64,000 nt of DNA from Betaproteobacteria bacterium. Lineage in GTDB: Bacteria > Pseudomonadota > Gammaproteobacteria > Burkholderiales > SG8-39. Position numbers and translations under genes: made by a program. Numbering within the stretch: the stretch's first letter is position 1; every line of letters begins with the position of its first letter. The notes under the pieces were generated by a model. It ran no database searches, was not told where the DNA came from, and saw nothing but the letters and a program-made list of their open reading frames with translations. Below, piece by piece: positions 21,500 to 32,423 of the stretch. Location of the stretch: positions 538-64,537 of the forward strand of contig CANJXQ010000008.1 of assembly GCA_947478805.1 (NCBI GenBank). The letters run 5' to 3'.

Positions 21500-22251
21500 A
21501 CTTCGATTCGGCGAGCCTGGCTATTTTGTTGCCCGCGTTGGCAGCTGGACTGCTGGTGACCCTGGCGCTGGTGCCGCTCGGGCTGCAGGTCTTGTCGCGC
21601 GGCATCGTGTTCATCGACTTGGCCGTCGCCCAGATTGCGGGTCTGGGTGTCATCGTCGCCGATGCGCTCGGATGGGAGCCGCAGGGGGTTGCGGTGCAAG
21701 TCGCTGCCTTGGCGGCGGCGCTGGCCGGAGCGCTGTTCCTCACTTGGACCGAACGCCGTTGGCCGGAGGTACAGGAGGCGATCATCGGCGTCGTTTTCGC
21801 GCTCGCGGCGAGTGTTGCGTTGCTCCTCCTAGCGGGAAATCCACATGGCGGCGAGCACCTGAAGGACCTCCTGGTGGGACAGATCCTGTGGGTGGATCCG
21901 ACGCGACTGGCGGTGGAGGCGATCGCCTATGTGGCGATCACGGCGATATGGTTTGCTTTTCGCGAGAGGCTGGGCCGCACCGGTTTTTACCTGCTGTTCG
22001 CATGCGCCGTGACGCTTTCCGTGCAGCAAGTCGGCCTTTACCTCGTGTTCGCGACCTTGATCGTTCCCGCGCTGGCGACCTACTACGCGGGATCGCGGCG
22101 CATCCTCAAGGCGTATGGGGTTGCCGCGGCTGGATATGCCTCGGGACTGTGGGCCTCGGCGTGGTTCGACCTGCCGTCAGGGGCGTTGATCGTCTGCACC
22201 ATGGCGGTGGCGGGCGTGCTATGGGCGTTGGCGCCGTCGCAAAGTCGCTAG
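21496..22251 (+). CDS. Metal ABC-type permease (ZnuB/ABC-3 family)
   Basis: RGIVFIDLAVAQIAGLG, EAIIG, LVFATLIVPA, DLPSGALIV; ATGA overlap with the binding-protein gene. Confidence 0.88.
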   Translation: MNFDSASLAILLPALAAGLLVTLALVPLGLQVLSRGIVFIDLAVAQIAGLGVIVADALGWEPQGVAVQVAALAAALAGALFLTWTERRWPEVQEAIIGVVFALAASVALLLLAGNPHGGEHLKDLLVGQILWVDPTRLAVEAIAYVAITAIWFAFRERLGRTGFYLLFACAVTLSVQQVGLYLVFATLIVPALATYYAGSRRILKAYGVAAAGYASGLWASAWFDLPSGALIVCTMAVAGVLWALAPSQSR

Positions 22252-22257
22252 GCCGCT

Positions 22258-22286
22258 CTTGAAATGGAATGACGGCGCCCCGATCT
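22258..22286 (+). promoter_or_regulatory. Sigma-32-type heat-shock promoter for hslVU
   Basis: CTTGAA-N14-CCCCGATCT, close to the CTTGAA...CCCCAT consensus. Confidence 0.65.
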
Positions 22287-22376
22287 CCGGGAAAATCCGC
22301 GCGTGATCGAATCATTTCCCCCGCCCCGATTGCCGTACCATTGGATCCCCCTTCATTTCCAACCGGACCTTTTGCA

Positions 22377-22913
22377 TTGGAACAATTTCACGGCACGACC
22401 ATTGTTTCCGCGCGCCGCGGCAACACAGTGGCCCTGGGTGGCGACGGTCAAGTCACACTTGGCAATATCGTCATCAAGGCCAGTGCGCGTAAAGTGCGGC
22501 GGATCCATCACGACAAGATCCTCGCCGGGTTCGCCGGCGGCACGGCAGACGCCTTCACGCTCTTCGAGCGCTTCGAAGCGAAGCTCGAAAAGCACCAGGG
22601 CAACCTGATGCGTTCCGCCGTGGAACTGGCCAAGGATTGGCGCACCGACCGCATCCTGCGTCGCCTGGAAGCCATGCTGGCGGTGGCCGATCGCGACGTG
22701 TCGTTGATCATTACCGGTCAGGGCGATGTGCTGGAACCCGAGTACGGGCTGATCGCCATCGGCTCGGGCGGGCCCTATGCCCAGGCGGCCGCCAAGGCGC
22801 TGCTGGACAATACCGACCTCGAGCCGCAGGTGATCGTCAAGAAAGCGCTGTCGATCGCGGCCGACCTGTGTATCTACACCAACCAGCATCACACCATCGA
22901 GGTGCTGGGCTGA
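22377..22913 (+). CDS. hslV: ATP-dependent protease subunit HslV
   Basis: [35 protein letters not shown]; TTG start inferred. Confidence 0.95.
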   Translation: MEQFHGTTIVSARRGNTVALGGDGQVTLGNIVIKASARKVRRIHHDKILAGFAGGTADAFTLFERFEAKLEKHQGNLMRSAVELAKDWRTDRILRRLEAMLAVADRDVSLIITGQGDVLEPEYGLIAIGSGGPYAQAAAKALLDNTDLEPQVIVKKALSIAADLCIYTNQHHTIEVLG

Positions 22914-22980
22914 TTCCGACAATGCCGCTGGCACATCGGCCACCGGCCAGGTCAGCCCACCAGTTGCAACGAGGTCTTCC

Positions 22981-24348
22981 ATGTCGTCCATTACGCAAAT
23001 GACTCCGCAGGAAATCGTCCACGAACTGGACAAGCATATCGTCGGGCAGGACCGCGCCAAGCGCGCGGTCGCCATTGCGCTGCGCAACCGTTGGCGACGC
23101 CAGCAGGTGGCTGAACCCCTGCGACAGGAAATCACGCCCAAGAATATCCTCATGATCGGGCCCACTGGCGTGGGCAAGACCGAGATCGCGCGGCGCCTGG
23201 CACGGCTGGCCGACGCGCCGTTCATCAAGGTGGAGGCCACCAAATTCACCGAGGTGGGGTATGTCGGACGCGATGTCGACACCATCATTCGCGACCTGGC
23301 CGAGATCAGCGTCAAGCAGACGCGCGAGACGGCCATGCGCAAGGTGCGCCAGCGCGCCGAGGATGCCGCCGAAGATCGCATTCTCGATGCACTTATCCCG
23401 CCAGCACGCTCCGCGGGCCCTTTTGCGGATCGGGATACCGGTTTCACCCCGCGCAGTGAAACCGAGGCGGACTCGGCTGCGCGCCAGAAATTCCGCAAGA
23501 AGTTGCGCGAGGGCGAGCTCGACGATCGGGAAATCGAGATTGAAGTGGCCACGCCGCAAGCGCACATGGAGATCATGGCGCCCCCCGGCATGGAGGAACT
23601 CACGCAGCAGATCCAGGGCATGTTCCAGAACATGGGCGGCGGCCGCAAGAAACTGCGCAAGTTGAAGATTCGCGACGCCATGAAGCAGCTCACCGATGAA
23701 GAGGCGTCGCGCCTGGTCAACGACGAGGACCTGCGCGCCGTGGCGCTGGCCAACGTGGAGCAGAACGGCATTGTCTTCATCGACGAGATCGACAAGATCG
23801 CCTCGCGCCAGGAAACCGCCGGCGCCGACGTGTCGCGGCAGGGCGTGCAGCGCGACCTGCTGCCGCTGGTGGAGGGAACCACGGTGAGCACCAAGCACGG
23901 CATGGTGAAGACCGACCACATTCTCTTTATCGCCAGCGGCGCCTTTCACCTGGCGAAGCCGTCAGACCTGATCCCCGAGATGCAGGGGCGATTCCCGATC
24001 CGGGTCGAGCTCGATCCGCTCAGCGTGGCCGATTTCGAGCGCATCCTCACCGCCACCGACGCCTGCCTGACCACTCAATATGCGGCGCTGCTGGCCACCG
24101 AGGACGTGAAGCTCGAGTTCCGGCCCGAAGGGATCCGCCGCATGGCCGAAATCGCCTGGTCGGTCAACGAGAAGACGGAAAACATCGGCGCAAGGCGCCT
24201 GTACACCGTGATGGAAAAACTGCTGGAGGAGATTTCCTACGATGCCGGCCGGCGCAGCGGACAGCAACTGGTGGTGGATGCCGCCTACGTCGATGAACGC
24301 CTAAAGGACCTTGCAGCCAGCGAAGACCTCGCGCGCTATGTGCTTTAA
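22981..24348 (+). CDS. hslU: ATP-dependent protease ATPase HslU
   Basis: [46 protein letters not shown]. Confidence 0.97.
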   Translation: MSSITQMTPQEIVHELDKHIVGQDRAKRAVAIALRNRWRRQQVAEPLRQEITPKNILMIGPTGVGKTEIARRLARLADAPFIKVEATKFTEVGYVGRDVDTIIRDLAEISVKQTRETAMRKVRQRAEDAAEDRILDALIPPARSAGPFADRDTGFTPRSETEADSAARQKFRKKLREGELDDREIEIEVATPQAHMEIMAPPGMEELTQQIQGMFQNMGGGRKKLRKLKIRDAMKQLTDEEASRLVNDEDLRAVALANVEQNGIVFIDEIDKIASRQETAGADVSRQGVQRDLLPLVEGTTVSTKHGMVKTDHILFIASGAFHLAKPSDLIPEMQGRFPIRVELDPLSVADFERILTATDACLTTQYAALLATEDVKLEFRPEGIRRMAEIAWSVNEKTENIGARRLYTVMEKLLEEISYDAGRRSGQQLVVDAAYVDERLKDLAASEDLARYVL

Positions 24349-24497
24349 CGGTGGTGGAGTCAAAGGTGTCCCAATGAAATATGATCATATTTAGGATATT
24401 TAAGTCCGTGTAACGGGGTATGCATATCTAAATTGATAATATTAAAACCCGCCTACAGCACCCTGGTGGCAGCGGCGGGATCACGGGAGCAGGCATC

Positions 24498-25499
24498 ATG
24501 GCATCGAACGAATCGTGGTCGGGACTGCAGTTCAAGTCCGTTTCCTATGGCGGGATTCAGCCGGGCAGGCGCCTGATCGTGCTCGGCGCGGTGCACGGCA
24601 ACGAGACCTGCGGGAAGCAGGCCATCGAACGGCTGATCGGCGACATCGACGCGGGGCGCATCGTCATCCAGCGCGGCACGCTGACGCTGGTGCCCATCAC
24701 CAACCCGCTGGCCCATCGGCGCGTGCAGCGCTCGGGTGACCGCAATCTCAACCGCAACCTGTGCCCAACCGATAAGCCCCTGGATTTCGAGGACCACATC
24801 GCCAACTGGTTGTGCCCCCTGCTCTCATCCCACGAGGTGCTGCTGGACCTGCATTCCTTCCACACGGCGGGGCAACCCTTCGCGGCGCTGGGGCCGGAGA
24901 ACAACACCGGCACGCTGGAGCCCTTTGCGCAGGCGGAGCTCGAGGAGTCGCTTGCCCGGCGCCTGGGCGTGAGCCGCTTCATGGATGGCTGGCTGGACAC
25001 TTATGCCCGCGGCGTTGCGCGCCGCGTGAAGGCGACCGGCGCGACTTCGGAGCGCGCGGCGCTCCTCAACACCGACCCCCGATACGGAGTGGGCACGACC
25101 GAGTACATGCGCACTGTCGGTGGATGCTCCATTACCCTGGAATGCGGGCAGCATGCCGACCCGGCAGCGCCGGAGGTGGCATATCGCGCGATTCTGAACA
25201 CACTGGCGTACCTCGGCATTGCCGATCTTCCGAAGCCTGCGCCTGCGGCGACGACGGAGGCCTTGCGGCTCTTTGAGGTCATCGACAAAGCCGACAAGGA
25301 GGATGCTTTTGCACGCGAGTGGTCGAGCTTCGACCGGCTCAACAAGGGCGACCTGATCGGTACGCGCAAGGACGGCTCGAAGGTGTTTGCAGAAGACGAT
25401 GGCTACATCGTGTTCCCGAACCCGGCCGCCATGGCCGGCCAGGAGTGGTTCTACCTGGCCAAGGCCAGCCCGCGCGCCTGGTTGCCGGACGAGGGCTGA
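24498..25499 (+). CDS. Succinylglutamate desuccinylase/aspartoacylase (M14-like) family hydrolase
   Basis: GAVHGNE, RNLNR, LLDLHS, TLECGQH. Confidence 0.85.
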   Translation: MASNESWSGLQFKSVSYGGIQPGRRLIVLGAVHGNETCGKQAIERLIGDIDAGRIVIQRGTLTLVPITNPLAHRRVQRSGDRNLNRNLCPTDKPLDFEDHIANWLCPLLSSHEVLLDLHSFHTAGQPFAALGPENNTGTLEPFAQAELEESLARRLGVSRFMDGWLDTYARGVARRVKATGATSERAALLNTDPRYGVGTTEYMRTVGGCSITLECGQHADPAAPEVAYRAILNTLAYLGIADLPKPAPAATTEALRLFEVIDKADKEDAFAREWSSFDRLNKGDLIGTRKDGSKVFAEDDGYIVFPNPAAMAGQEWFYLAKASPRAWLPDEG

Positions 25500-25545
25500 T
25501 CACTCTGCATTGATGCAAATGGTTCGCTACTGAGGTTCCCTGCCT

Positions 25546-25595
25546 TTAGCCCGGCTTCTTGGGCTCCTTGCCGTTAGCCCGGCTTCTTGGGCTCC
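25546..25595. repeat. Tandem duplication with 28-bp period (22-bp exact core)
   Basis: TTAGCCCGGCTTCTTGGGCTCC at 25546-25567 and 25574-25595. Confidence 0.9.
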
Positions 25596-26366
25596 CTAAT
25601 ACCGCCACTGATGAGGCCACCGTCCACCACCAGCACCGTGCCGTTGATGTAGGACGCATCCGGCGAAGCGAGAAAGGCGATGGCGGCAGCCAGTTCATCG
25701 GGGTGCCCCAATCGGCCCTGCGGGATGCGCTCTTCACGCGAGCGGCGCGTGGCGGGCGACAGGTTCATTGCCGACAGTTCGGTCTCAATCGGCCCGGGCG
25801 ATACGGCATTCACGCAAATGCCCAGCGGCGCCAGTTCGAAGGCCATGACGCGCGTGAGCGCCACAATGCCGCCCTTGGATGCGGCATAGGCGGCTTGATG
25901 GTCGGTGCCGATGTGGGCATTGATCGACGCAACGTTGACGATGCGCCCCTTCTTGCCGGCGACCATGACGCGAGCCACTTCCTGCCCGACAATGAAGTAA
26001 CCCGTCAGGTTGGTCCCGATGATCTTCGACCAGTCCGCGTCGGTGATCTCCAGGAAGGGAATGCGCCAGCCAATGCCGGCGTAGCACATCGATGTGACCG
26101 AAGTCTGTTACGGCGGACTTAACTGCCGCAGCGACAGCGTCGCGGGAGGTGACATCCACGCCATACGCCATAGCTTCGCCGCCGGCTTTCTTCACGCGAA
26201 CGCAGGTTTCCTCGGCCCCTGCGACATTCGTGTCGAAGATGGCCAGCCGCGCGCCTTCGGCGGCCAGGCGTGCAGCGACCTCCTGACCGATGCCGCGTCC
26301 GCCGCCGGTGATCAGCGCGACCTAGCCTTCGAAGCGGCGTCCCAGTGCGGTTGACGCATTGTTCAT
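25574..26366 (-). pseudogene. Disrupted SDR oxidoreductase (FabG-like)
   Basis: MNNASTALGRRFEG*VALITGGGRGIG has an in-frame TAG at 26322-26324. A frameshift near 26085 lies between GHIDVL and AGIG. The downstream frame keeps NVAS, YAASKGG, VNAVSPG and VDGG. Confidence 0.85.
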
Positions 26367-26367
26367 G

Positions 26368-26694
26368 TCAGTAGGTGAGTCCCACGAACAGTACTGAGAG
26401 GGCGATGGCGAGCCGTCCCATGCCGCGCCAGAAGCCGCTACCAACATTGTGCGAACAGCGCCATGCCGACACCAGCCAGAACAGGCACAGCATGAACTTG
26501 AGCGTGTCGAGGATTGCGCCCCAGGCGTGCTCCTCGTCAAAACGGAAATCCTCCGCCGTGATGCCGAGCCAGGTTGCTGCAGCAATCACGGGGATGCCGG
26601 CCAGCCACCAGACCTGCCATAGCCGCGCTTCACCGTGAATTGCCCGGCGAATGAACTCCCTTGAGCCGCTGCGTTGAATACGTTGAATAATCAT
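26368..26694 (-). CDS. Small hypothetical membrane protein
   Basis: GEARLWQVWWLAG...WLVSAWRCSHNV...; three hydrophobic segments. Start uncertain. Confidence 0.6.
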   Translation of the reverse strand: MIIQRIQRSGSREFIRRAIHGEARLWQVWWLAGIPVIAAATWLGITAEDFRFDEEHAWGAILDTLKFMLCLFWLVSAWRCSHNVGSGFWRGMGRLAIALSVLFVGLTY

Positions 26695-26785
26695 GGTCGG
26701 TCGGAGCATATCGCAATCGCAGCGCCGCGGGCGCGCCGCCCCGCCAGTTTGCGACACCTGCGAGAGCTGTGTGAAAATCTGCGCC

Positions 26786-27166
26786 ATGCGCAACAAGGCC
26801 ATTTTGTCGCCACTTACTGCCTGGCTGGCGATCTTCGCCATGGCGCTCAATGCGCTGTGGCCGCTGATCGCCAATGCGCGCCCGGCGGGCGTTGCGTGGT
26901 CAATGGAGGTCTGCACCACCGAGGGCATGCGGTCAGTCTCGGGAGACCCAAACCGGGCGCCGGACGATTCGGTCGCCAAGTACCTGCAATCGCACTGTCC
27001 CCTGTGTTCTTTCGGGACCGACAAGCTCTGTGCCTTGCCCTCGGCGCCTTCGTTTCTTGAATCCGGTCAGACAGGCTGTGGCTCGACCGCAGAATTTCCA
27101 TCTGAGCTCCCCCGCAACGATATCCACTTTCCGGCGCACCCTCGCGCGCCGCCGGTCAATTCCTGA
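26786..27166 (+). CDS. DUF2946 family (CruR/CutF-like) leader protein
   Basis: TM/signal AWLAIFAMALNALWP, EVCTTEG, HCPLC, C-terminal HPRAPP. Confidence 0.85.
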   Translation: MRNKAILSPLTAWLAIFAMALNALWPLIANARPAGVAWSMEVCTTEGMRSVSGDPNRAPDDSVAKYLQSHCPLCSFGTDKLCALPSAPSFLESGQTGCGSTAEFPSELPRNDIHFPAHPRAPPVNS

Positions 27167-27255
27167 TCTGCAGTTCTGGAGGAGGTGCAAATGCACTTCC
27201 AATTGATGCGCGTGTTTTGCAAGTGCGCGCAGGATTCGGACAAGGAATATTCAAG

Positions 27256-27747
27256 ATGATTTTCAAAGCAATGGCCTTTGCCACAGTAGTATTCACGACG
27301 TTCTCGGTGCAGGCCCACGATTACAAGGTGGGTGATCTGCAAATCGGTCACCCCTACTCCCGCACGACTCCGCCCGGCGCAACCACCGCCGGCGCGTACT
27401 TGAGCATCGACAACAAGGGCAAGGCCGCGGACAAGCTGTTGCGTGCTTCCAGCCCAGCGGCGGGACTGGTCGAGCTGCATTCCATGAGCATGGACGGCAA
27501 TGTCATGCGCATGCGCGCGGTGCCGGCAATCGATGTCGCGCCGGGAGCAACGGTCAAGCTTGCGCCCGGCGGACTGCATGTCATGTTGCAGGAACTCAAG
27601 CGCCCGCTCAAGAAGGACGAGCGCGTGCCACTGACGCTGGTGTTCCAGCGTGCCGGCGAAGTGAAGGTTGAACTGGCGGTGCAGGACGCCGTCGCTGCCG
27701 CGTCGGGGCACGACGCGCATGCGGGGCACGGCACGGACAAGAAATAG
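27256..27747 (+). CDS. Periplasmic copper chaperone PCu(A)C
   Basis: Signal peptide, HPYSRTTPPG, ELHSM...VMRMR, LAPGGLHVML, His-rich tail. Confidence 0.92.
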   Translation: MIFKAMAFATVVFTTFSVQAHDYKVGDLQIGHPYSRTTPPGATTAGAYLSIDNKGKAADKLLRASSPAAGLVELHSMSMDGNVMRMRAVPAIDVAPGATVKLAPGGLHVMLQELKRPLKKDERVPLTLVFQRAGEVKVELAVQDAVAAASGHDAHAGHGTDKK

Positions 27748-27753
27748 CGGAGC

Positions 27754-27954
27754 CTATTCGCCGGTGGTGCTGGCCTGTGCCGTTGCGGCAAGCTGCTTGA
27801 GACAGGCCGGGCAATAGCAACCCTTGGCGGGATCGGGAGATCGCAGGGCTGGTAGCGCCTCGCACCAGCAGCCTTCGGCGCGTGCGCCGCACCCGAAGCT
27901 GGTCCTGCAGCGAGGGCAGATCGTGGGGGATTCCGTGCTCGGCACCATGTCCAT
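27754..27954 (-). CDS. Cysteine-rich CWC family small protein
   Basis: CPRC...FGC...CWC...CYCPACL. Confidence 0.75.
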   Translation of the reverse strand: MDMVPSTESPTICPRCRTSFGCGARAEGCWCEALPALRSPDPAKGCYCPACLKQLAATAQASTTGE

Positions 27955-28067
27955 GGTATGCCCTTGATCAGGCCAACCTCGCTGGATAGGGGCTCAATTG
28001 GGGGATTTCAAGTCCCTGTGGCAGGAAAATATTTCTCATGCTTATGCGGGTTTGCGTCACCGGGCGA

Positions 28068-28095
28068 CTTGAATTGCCCGGGGCATGCCCCATTT
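28068..28095 (+). promoter_or_regulatory. Sigma-32 heat-shock promoter for hsp20
   Basis: CTTGAA-N14-CCCCATTT consensus match upstream of a small heat-shock gene. Confidence 0.8.
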
Positions 28096-28154
28096 TCTAG
28101 TGCATGAGGGAATGTCCCTCGACCCGAATTCCGACCCCTTGAAGGAGATTGACC

Positions 28155-29665
<1,511 letters not shown>

Positions 29666-29689
29666 TGTTGATGGAGACACACCGTCCGG

Positions 29690-30148
29690 CTACGCCACGA
29701 CATTCCCATCCGCATCCCGCAGCCCGTCGAGATAGCCTTCGCCGCTGTCGTGGATGCTGAGTACGCGGCCGCGCGGGCTGGGCGAGAATGAAATGTGCAC
29801 CCAGCGGTTGAATTCCAGGATGCACTGGTCGAATTCGATACCGGAGGCCCGGATGGCGGCGGCGATGGCGATGGGAGTGCCGAATGGCGGGCAGGTAAAG
29901 TCTGCGGCCATTCCCTGCCTGTGCTGTGAAGTGGCCGACCCACCCACGACTCGGTTGAGTTCGGGGCAGCGGTAGCCGCTGGAGATATCGAGCGGGGCGC
30001 CCAGCAGGCGCTGGATTTCCTCTAGGCCGGCGGCAAGGCGTTGAAGGTTTGCGATGAGGTCCGCTGGCGGCGAATTGTCGATGCCTTCGCGCGCGGCGGT
30101 CTCCGAGGCCGTAAGCTGCGCCAGCGAAAAATTTTCGGTGAGCTGCAT
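29690..30148 (-). CDS. Peptidase M15A-type peptidoglycan hydrolase (endolysin-like)
   Basis: LTENFSL, GIDNSP, SSGYRC..LN..VGG, SQH..G.AAD, WVHISF zinc-ligand pattern. Confidence 0.85.
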   Translation of the reverse strand: MQLTENFSLAQLTASETAAREGIDNSPPADLIANLQRLAAGLEEIQRLLGAPLDISSGYRCPELNRVVGGSATSQHRQGMAADFTCPPFGTPIAIAAAIRASGIEFDQCILEFNRWVHISFSPSPRGRVLSIHDSGEGYLDGLRDADGNVVA

Positions 30149-30189
30149 ATGAAACGAATTGTAGGACGTGTCATGGGCCAGGGCTGGCG

Positions 30190-30837
30190 ATGAGTAGGCC
30201 GCTGACGTGGATTTTCGACCTGGACGATACCCTGCACCGGGCCACGGGGCATATCTTCCCGCACCTGAATCTCAGCATGACCGAGTACATCATGCGCCAC
30301 CTCGACATGGAGGAGGCGTCGGCGAGCGCCCTGCGCCAGCGTTACTGGCATGCGTACGGCGCCACCCTGCTGGGCCTGATGCGCCATCATGATGTCGACC
30401 CCCATCACTTCCTGTGGCATACGCACCAGTTTCCGGACCTCGAGCGCACCGTGGTGGCAGACGCTGGATTGCGCCACTGCCTGCGGCGCCTGGCGGGCAG
30501 CAAGATCCTGTTCTCCAACTCGCCGGCGCACTACGCACAGGCGGTGCTCGACGTTCTTGGCATTGGTGACCTGTTCGATGCCGTCTACACCATTGAGAGC
30601 ACGCGCTTCCAGCCCAAGCCGATGGCTGGGGGGTTTCGTGCCCTGCTGCATCGGGAGCGCCTGCAGGCCGAGCGCAGCGTTCTCGTGGAGGACTCGCTGC
30701 CGAACCTGGTCACGGCGCGCAGGCTGGGCATGAAAACCGTGTGGATCACGCGAGACTCGCGGCGTCCGGCGTGGCTGGACCTGAAGTTGAGTTCGGTCCT
30801 GGCGCTTCCCCGCGCTGTCGCAAGGGTCAATGGATGA
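30190..30837 (+). CDS. HAD-family pyrimidine 5'-nucleotidase
   Basis: FDLDDTLH, YGATLLGL, FSNS, PKP, VEDSLPNL. Confidence 0.88.
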   Translation: MSRPLTWIFDLDDTLHRATGHIFPHLNLSMTEYIMRHLDMEEASASALRQRYWHAYGATLLGLMRHHDVDPHHFLWHTHQFPDLERTVVADAGLRHCLRRLAGSKILFSNSPAHYAQAVLDVLGIGDLFDAVYTIESTRFQPKPMAGGFRALLHRERLQAERSVLVEDSLPNLVTARRLGMKTVWITRDSRRPAWLDLKLSSVLALPRAVARVNG

Positions 30838-30918
30838 CAGGGAATTGCAAGCTAGCAAGCACTCACCCCTTGGCATAGAATCAACCGTCATTGAGTGCGG
30901 AAACACACAGGAGGCGAC

Positions 30919-31506
30919 ATGGCCACGACACGGCTCAAACCGGGCGAGCGCAAGCTGCAGATCCTGCAGGTGCTTGCACAAATGCTGCAGCATCCGAAGG
31001 GCGAGCGCATTACCACGGCCGCGCTGGCAGCCAAGCTGAGCGTGTCGGAGGCGGCGCTTTACCGGCATTTCGCCAGCAAGGCGCAGATGTTCGAGGGGTT
31101 GATCGAATTCATCGAAAGCTCGATCTTCGGCCTGGCCAACAAGATCACTGCGGAACAGGACAACGGGCTCAAGCAGTTGCACGCCATCGTGTCCATGCTG
31201 CTCGGGTTTGCCGAAAAGAATCCCGGCATGACACGCGTGCTGCTGGGCGATGCACTGGTCAACGAGGACGAGCGCCTGCAGGTGCGCATCAACCAGCTGT
31301 TCGACCGAATAGAGGCGACACTCAAGCAGTGCCTGCGCGTGGCCTCCACCCAAGGCACGCCGGGCGATGGCAGCGATGCCGACCCGGGACCGCGCGCAAA
31401 CCTGATCCTGTGCTACGTGATCGGTCGCTGGCACCAGTTTGCCAAGAGCGGGTTCAAGCGCATGCCTACCGAGGGACTGGACAAGCAGTGGCCGCTGATC
31501 GCCTGA
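30919..31506 (+). CDS. slmA: Nucleoid occlusion factor SlmA (TetR family)
   Basis: ITTAALAAKLSVSEAALYRHFASKAQMFEGLIEFIE, NPGMTRVL.GDAL. Confidence 0.92.
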   Translation: MATTRLKPGERKLQILQVLAQMLQHPKGERITTAALAAKLSVSEAALYRHFASKAQMFEGLIEFIESSIFGLANKITAEQDNGLKQLHAIVSMLLGFAEKNPGMTRVLLGDALVNEDERLQVRINQLFDRIEATLKQCLRVASTQGTPGDGSDADPGPRANLILCYVIGRWHQFAKSGFKRMPTEGLDKQWPLIA

Positions 31507-31596
31507 GCATCCCTTGAGATCGGGCGGCCGCTCGCTTCGAGCGCCTTGATGCAATCGCTGTGTGTGCCCGCCGGCCCACGATAGAATGGCGTCCGC

Positions 31597-32421
31597 ATGG
31601 ACATCCTCCTGATTTTGAAGGCCCTGATCCTCGGTGTCGTCGAGGGTCTCACCGAATTCCTTCCCGTCTCCTCCACCGGCCACCTGATCCTCGCCGGTGA
31701 CCTGCTCGACTTCAATGACGACAAGGGCAAGGTCTTCGAGATCGTCATTCAGACGGGCGCCATGCTCGCTATTGTCTGGGAATACCGGTTGCGCTTCTGG
31801 AGCGTGCTCACCGGTATCGGGTCGCAGCCTGAGGCGCGCCGCTTCGTGGCCAACCTCCTCGTCGCTTTCATGCCCGCCGCCGTGCTCGGCCTCGCGTTCG
31901 GCAAGTACATCAAGTCCTATCTGTTCAAACCGGTGCCGGTTGCACTGGCCTTCATCGTGGGCGGCATCATCATCCTGTGGGTGGAGCGCCGACAGCGGCC
32001 GGTGCGGGTCGAGAACGTGGACGACATGAACTGGCGCGATGCGCTCAAGGTCGGCTTCGCCCAGGCGTTCGCGTTGATTCCCGGCACGTCGCGCTCCGGG
32101 GCCACCATCATCGGCGGCATGCTGTTCGGCCTGTCGCGCCGCGCGGCAACCGAGTTCTCGTTCTTCCTCGCCGTGCCGACGTTGGTGGCGGCCGGGCTCT
32201 ACGATCTGTACAAGAATCGCGCGCTGCTGTCAGCAGACGACATCGTCATCTTCGGCGTTGGGTCAGTGGCGGCGTTCCTGTCGGCATTCCTGTGCGTGCG
32301 CTGGCTGCTGCGCTACATTGCCAACCACGATTTCAGGATTTTCGCCTGGTACCGGATTGTTTTCGGCTTGGTTGTACTGCTCACCGCGTGGACTGGCGCG
32401 GTCAATTGGACAACCGGATAG
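31597..32421 (+). CDS. uppP: Undecaprenyl-diphosphate phosphatase
   Basis: [43 protein letters not shown]. Confidence 0.96.
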   Translation: MDILLILKALILGVVEGLTEFLPVSSTGHLILAGDLLDFNDDKGKVFEIVIQTGAMLAIVWEYRLRFWSVLTGIGSQPEARRFVANLLVAFMPAAVLGLAFGKYIKSYLFKPVPVALAFIVGGIIILWVERRQRPVRVENVDDMNWRDALKVGFAQAFALIPGTSRSGATIIGGMLFGLSRRAATEFSFFLAVPTLVAAGLYDLYKNRALLSADDIVIFGVGSVAAFLSAFLCVRWLLRYIANHDFRIFAWYRIVFGLVVLLTAWTGAVNWTTG

Positions 32422-32423
32422 TA

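Noticed and set aside
25546-25595. Direct repeats as a mini CRISPR array
   Set aside because: Only two copies with a 6-bp gap and no cas genes.
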